A stretch of DNA of 64,000 nt from NCBI RefSeq assembly GCF_009914755.1, contig NC_060940.1; one strand, 5' to 3'. Under the pieces are notes generated by a model that was not told where the DNA came from, searched no databases, and saw nothing but the letters and a program-made list of their open reading frames with translations. Positions 62,038-64,000 of the stretch are shown here, one piece after another. Made by a program: the position numbers and the translations under genes. Each line of letters starts with the position of its first letter. The stretch's first letter is position 1. This stretch comes from the human T2T-CHM13v2.0 reference genome, Homo sapiens.

Positions 62038-64000
62038 AGCGTTTTGTTTTGTAATCACGCCTCCTCCTCCTGCTGTTGCCCCGCGCAGGGCCCTGTGGAA
62101 GGGCGGGGAGGTTGCAGGTCTGAGGGGTAGGCCCTGCCCAGGCATCCCGGGCAGGCGGACGGGTGGGGGCCCCTGGAGATGGCCGTGGTGGGGTGACTCA
62201 CAAGCTTGTAAGGGGCAGCCGGCCCTGCCAAATGGACGCAGCCAGGAAGGACGGAGTGACTGGGCGGGGGCAGGGGTCAGACCCTGCGGCCGCAGCCCCA
62301 GGGCCGGGAAGGACTGGGCAGACGGGACAGCAGCGCATGCAGCTTCTTCCAGCGAGGCATCCGCACGGGGGGCTCTGTCTGAACCCATCAGTCACCCGGC
62401 AGGAGCAGATGGAGTGAGGGGGCGCGTGGGGAGAAAAGTTTCCTGTCCCCTCCCAGCCTCGTCCCAGGGTGGCCTCTGCCCCCACACGGGTGCTGCTGAG
62501 CAAAGCGCCCGCTCGGAGGCTCTGCTGTCTCCCTGGACGGAGTTGGGGGCTGGGGTGCGGCCGGCGCGGGGTAAGAGGCTGTCACGGGCAGCGTATCGAA
62601 TGTGAAAGCAATTAAAGCCACCAGCAGTGTTCGCTCCGGGCGGGCCTCGGGCGGCGGGGAGCTGCCAGAACACATCTCACCTCGGTGCCCGCGGACGCCG
62701 GCCCTGCTGCTCCGCGACTGCGCCACGTCACACTCCTCCTGTGGGTGGGGGCCGGGCTCGTGCCCGCTCCTGTTTGGCACAGAGCTGGCTCTGTCTAGTC
62801 CTGGGGTATCTGGGACCCCCGTTCCTCCCGAGACCCTGCTCCTCTGTCCCTGGCCCCACCCCCACCACCACCCACCTCTCTGGCTTCTGCCACCCCAGTC
62901 CTGGGGTGGCCCAGGACAGAGGCCCACAAGAAGGACCCTCCTTCTTGCAGGAGTCCCGCACAGCAGGCAAGGGGTCCGTGCCCACCCCCTCAGCTGCCCA
63001 GAGTCCCCACTAGCCCAGCCAGCAGCCTCCTCTCCACTTGAAAGCCCCCGGGAGCAGCTCCCACAGGGAGGTGATGAGGGAAAGGGGGGGCGTCTGCAGA
63101 GGACTCAGGGTCCCACAGCACAGACCCTGCCAGGTGTTGGGCCGGGGCCACGTGAGGGGCTGCTGCGGAGGCCTGGAGGAGGCGGCTGGCAGCAGGTAAG
63201 GGGAAAAGATGCGAGCGTCCTGCAGGCAGCAGGGAGGATTGGCTGGGCAGGACACACAGCCCTGGCGCGGGGCAGACCTTGGTGGCAGCTGTCGGGGCTG
63301 ACTCCTTCCCACTGTCACTGCCCGGCCCCCGCCCAGCCCTCCCCTCCCTTCTCTGTGCAGGCCTCTCCCCTCCCCCGCATCTCCTCCTGGGTCTCACCCC
63401 CACCAACAGCACCATCTCTCTGGTGTATCTGGTCTGTCCCAGCCCTGTGCCCCCACGGTGCCCTCTCCTGGCCCCTCTTGTTGGCGCTGCTGGCCACAGC
63501 CTTCCCGGGGTGGGCAGTGGCAAGTTCTCACTTATGAGGCATCGCTGTCAGAAGCATTTAGTGTACAAATTAGCCGTGGCCTCCTCGCCTCCTTCCACAG
63601 CTCTGGGCTCCAGGCTGACTGGGCCGCGGCTCCAGGCCCTCTCCCGCCTGCCCGGGGCGCACTGCTGCCCAGTGTGGACCCCTGGCTGCCTGCCCATGTC
63701 CTGGCAGGAGTGCCCGCTCCCCACTGGCCGGCCAGGGCTCCTCTAGGACCCCGACCTAGACCTGGGCAGGGGTGGCCATGGCAGGCCGGGGGTGCTCAGT
63801 GAGGTTTTGGGGGGTGGGAGGCCAAGGCCCAGGACCCGGATCTACCCCAACAGTGGCCAGCCCTGGTGCTGAGGGCTATGGGGGGGCTGGACATGGGGCC
63901 CCACCACCCCACCTGCCAGTTGGAGGCCCCGCCACCCCGCCCGCCAGCCCGCCTGCCACTCAGGCGGGGAAAATCATCTGTGACAGGCCCAGGAAGGCCA

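Noticed and set aside
62602-63537. 311-aa ORF downstream of CAPN15
   Set aside because: GTG start, GC-biased composition and no recognisable domain; the next gene's coding exons are not evident in the window

Overview
Human (primate) subtelomeric, GC-rich genomic DNA, recognised as the 16p13.3 RAB11FIP3-CAPN15 region. All genes lie on the + strand. The window holds the last nine coding exons (6-14) and 3' UTR of RAB11FIP3 (2660-~29560), a CpG-island promoter with three ZNF143/SBS-type motifs (~33900-35600), and the complete CAPN15/SOLH gene. CAPN15 has three 5' UTR exons and eleven coding exons that reconstruct to 1086 aa, with five RanBP2-type zinc fingers, the calpain triad Cys552/His717/Asn737 and a SOL-homology C-terminus. 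Its introns host MIR5587 and MIR3176. There are about 30 Alu/FAM copies, old L1/MIR/MER fossils and more than a dozen minisatellites or tandem duplications. The most interesting observations are: (1) a candidate extra coding exon in CAPN15 intron 3 (47170-47448) with a perfect Kozak ATG and an MGSSAS N-myristoylation motif, splicing in frame to the main ORF and adding 68 aa; (2) four introns in which exon ends or splice donors have been tandemly amplified into arrays of decoy splice sites; (3) candidate cassette and terminal exons in RAB11FIP3 intron 6; (4) minisatellites born inside Alu, MIR and L1 fossils. Long repeat-derived and antisense ORFs in the ORF track are judged artefacts. Gene, miRNA and repeat-family names come from sequence recognition from memory, not from database searches.
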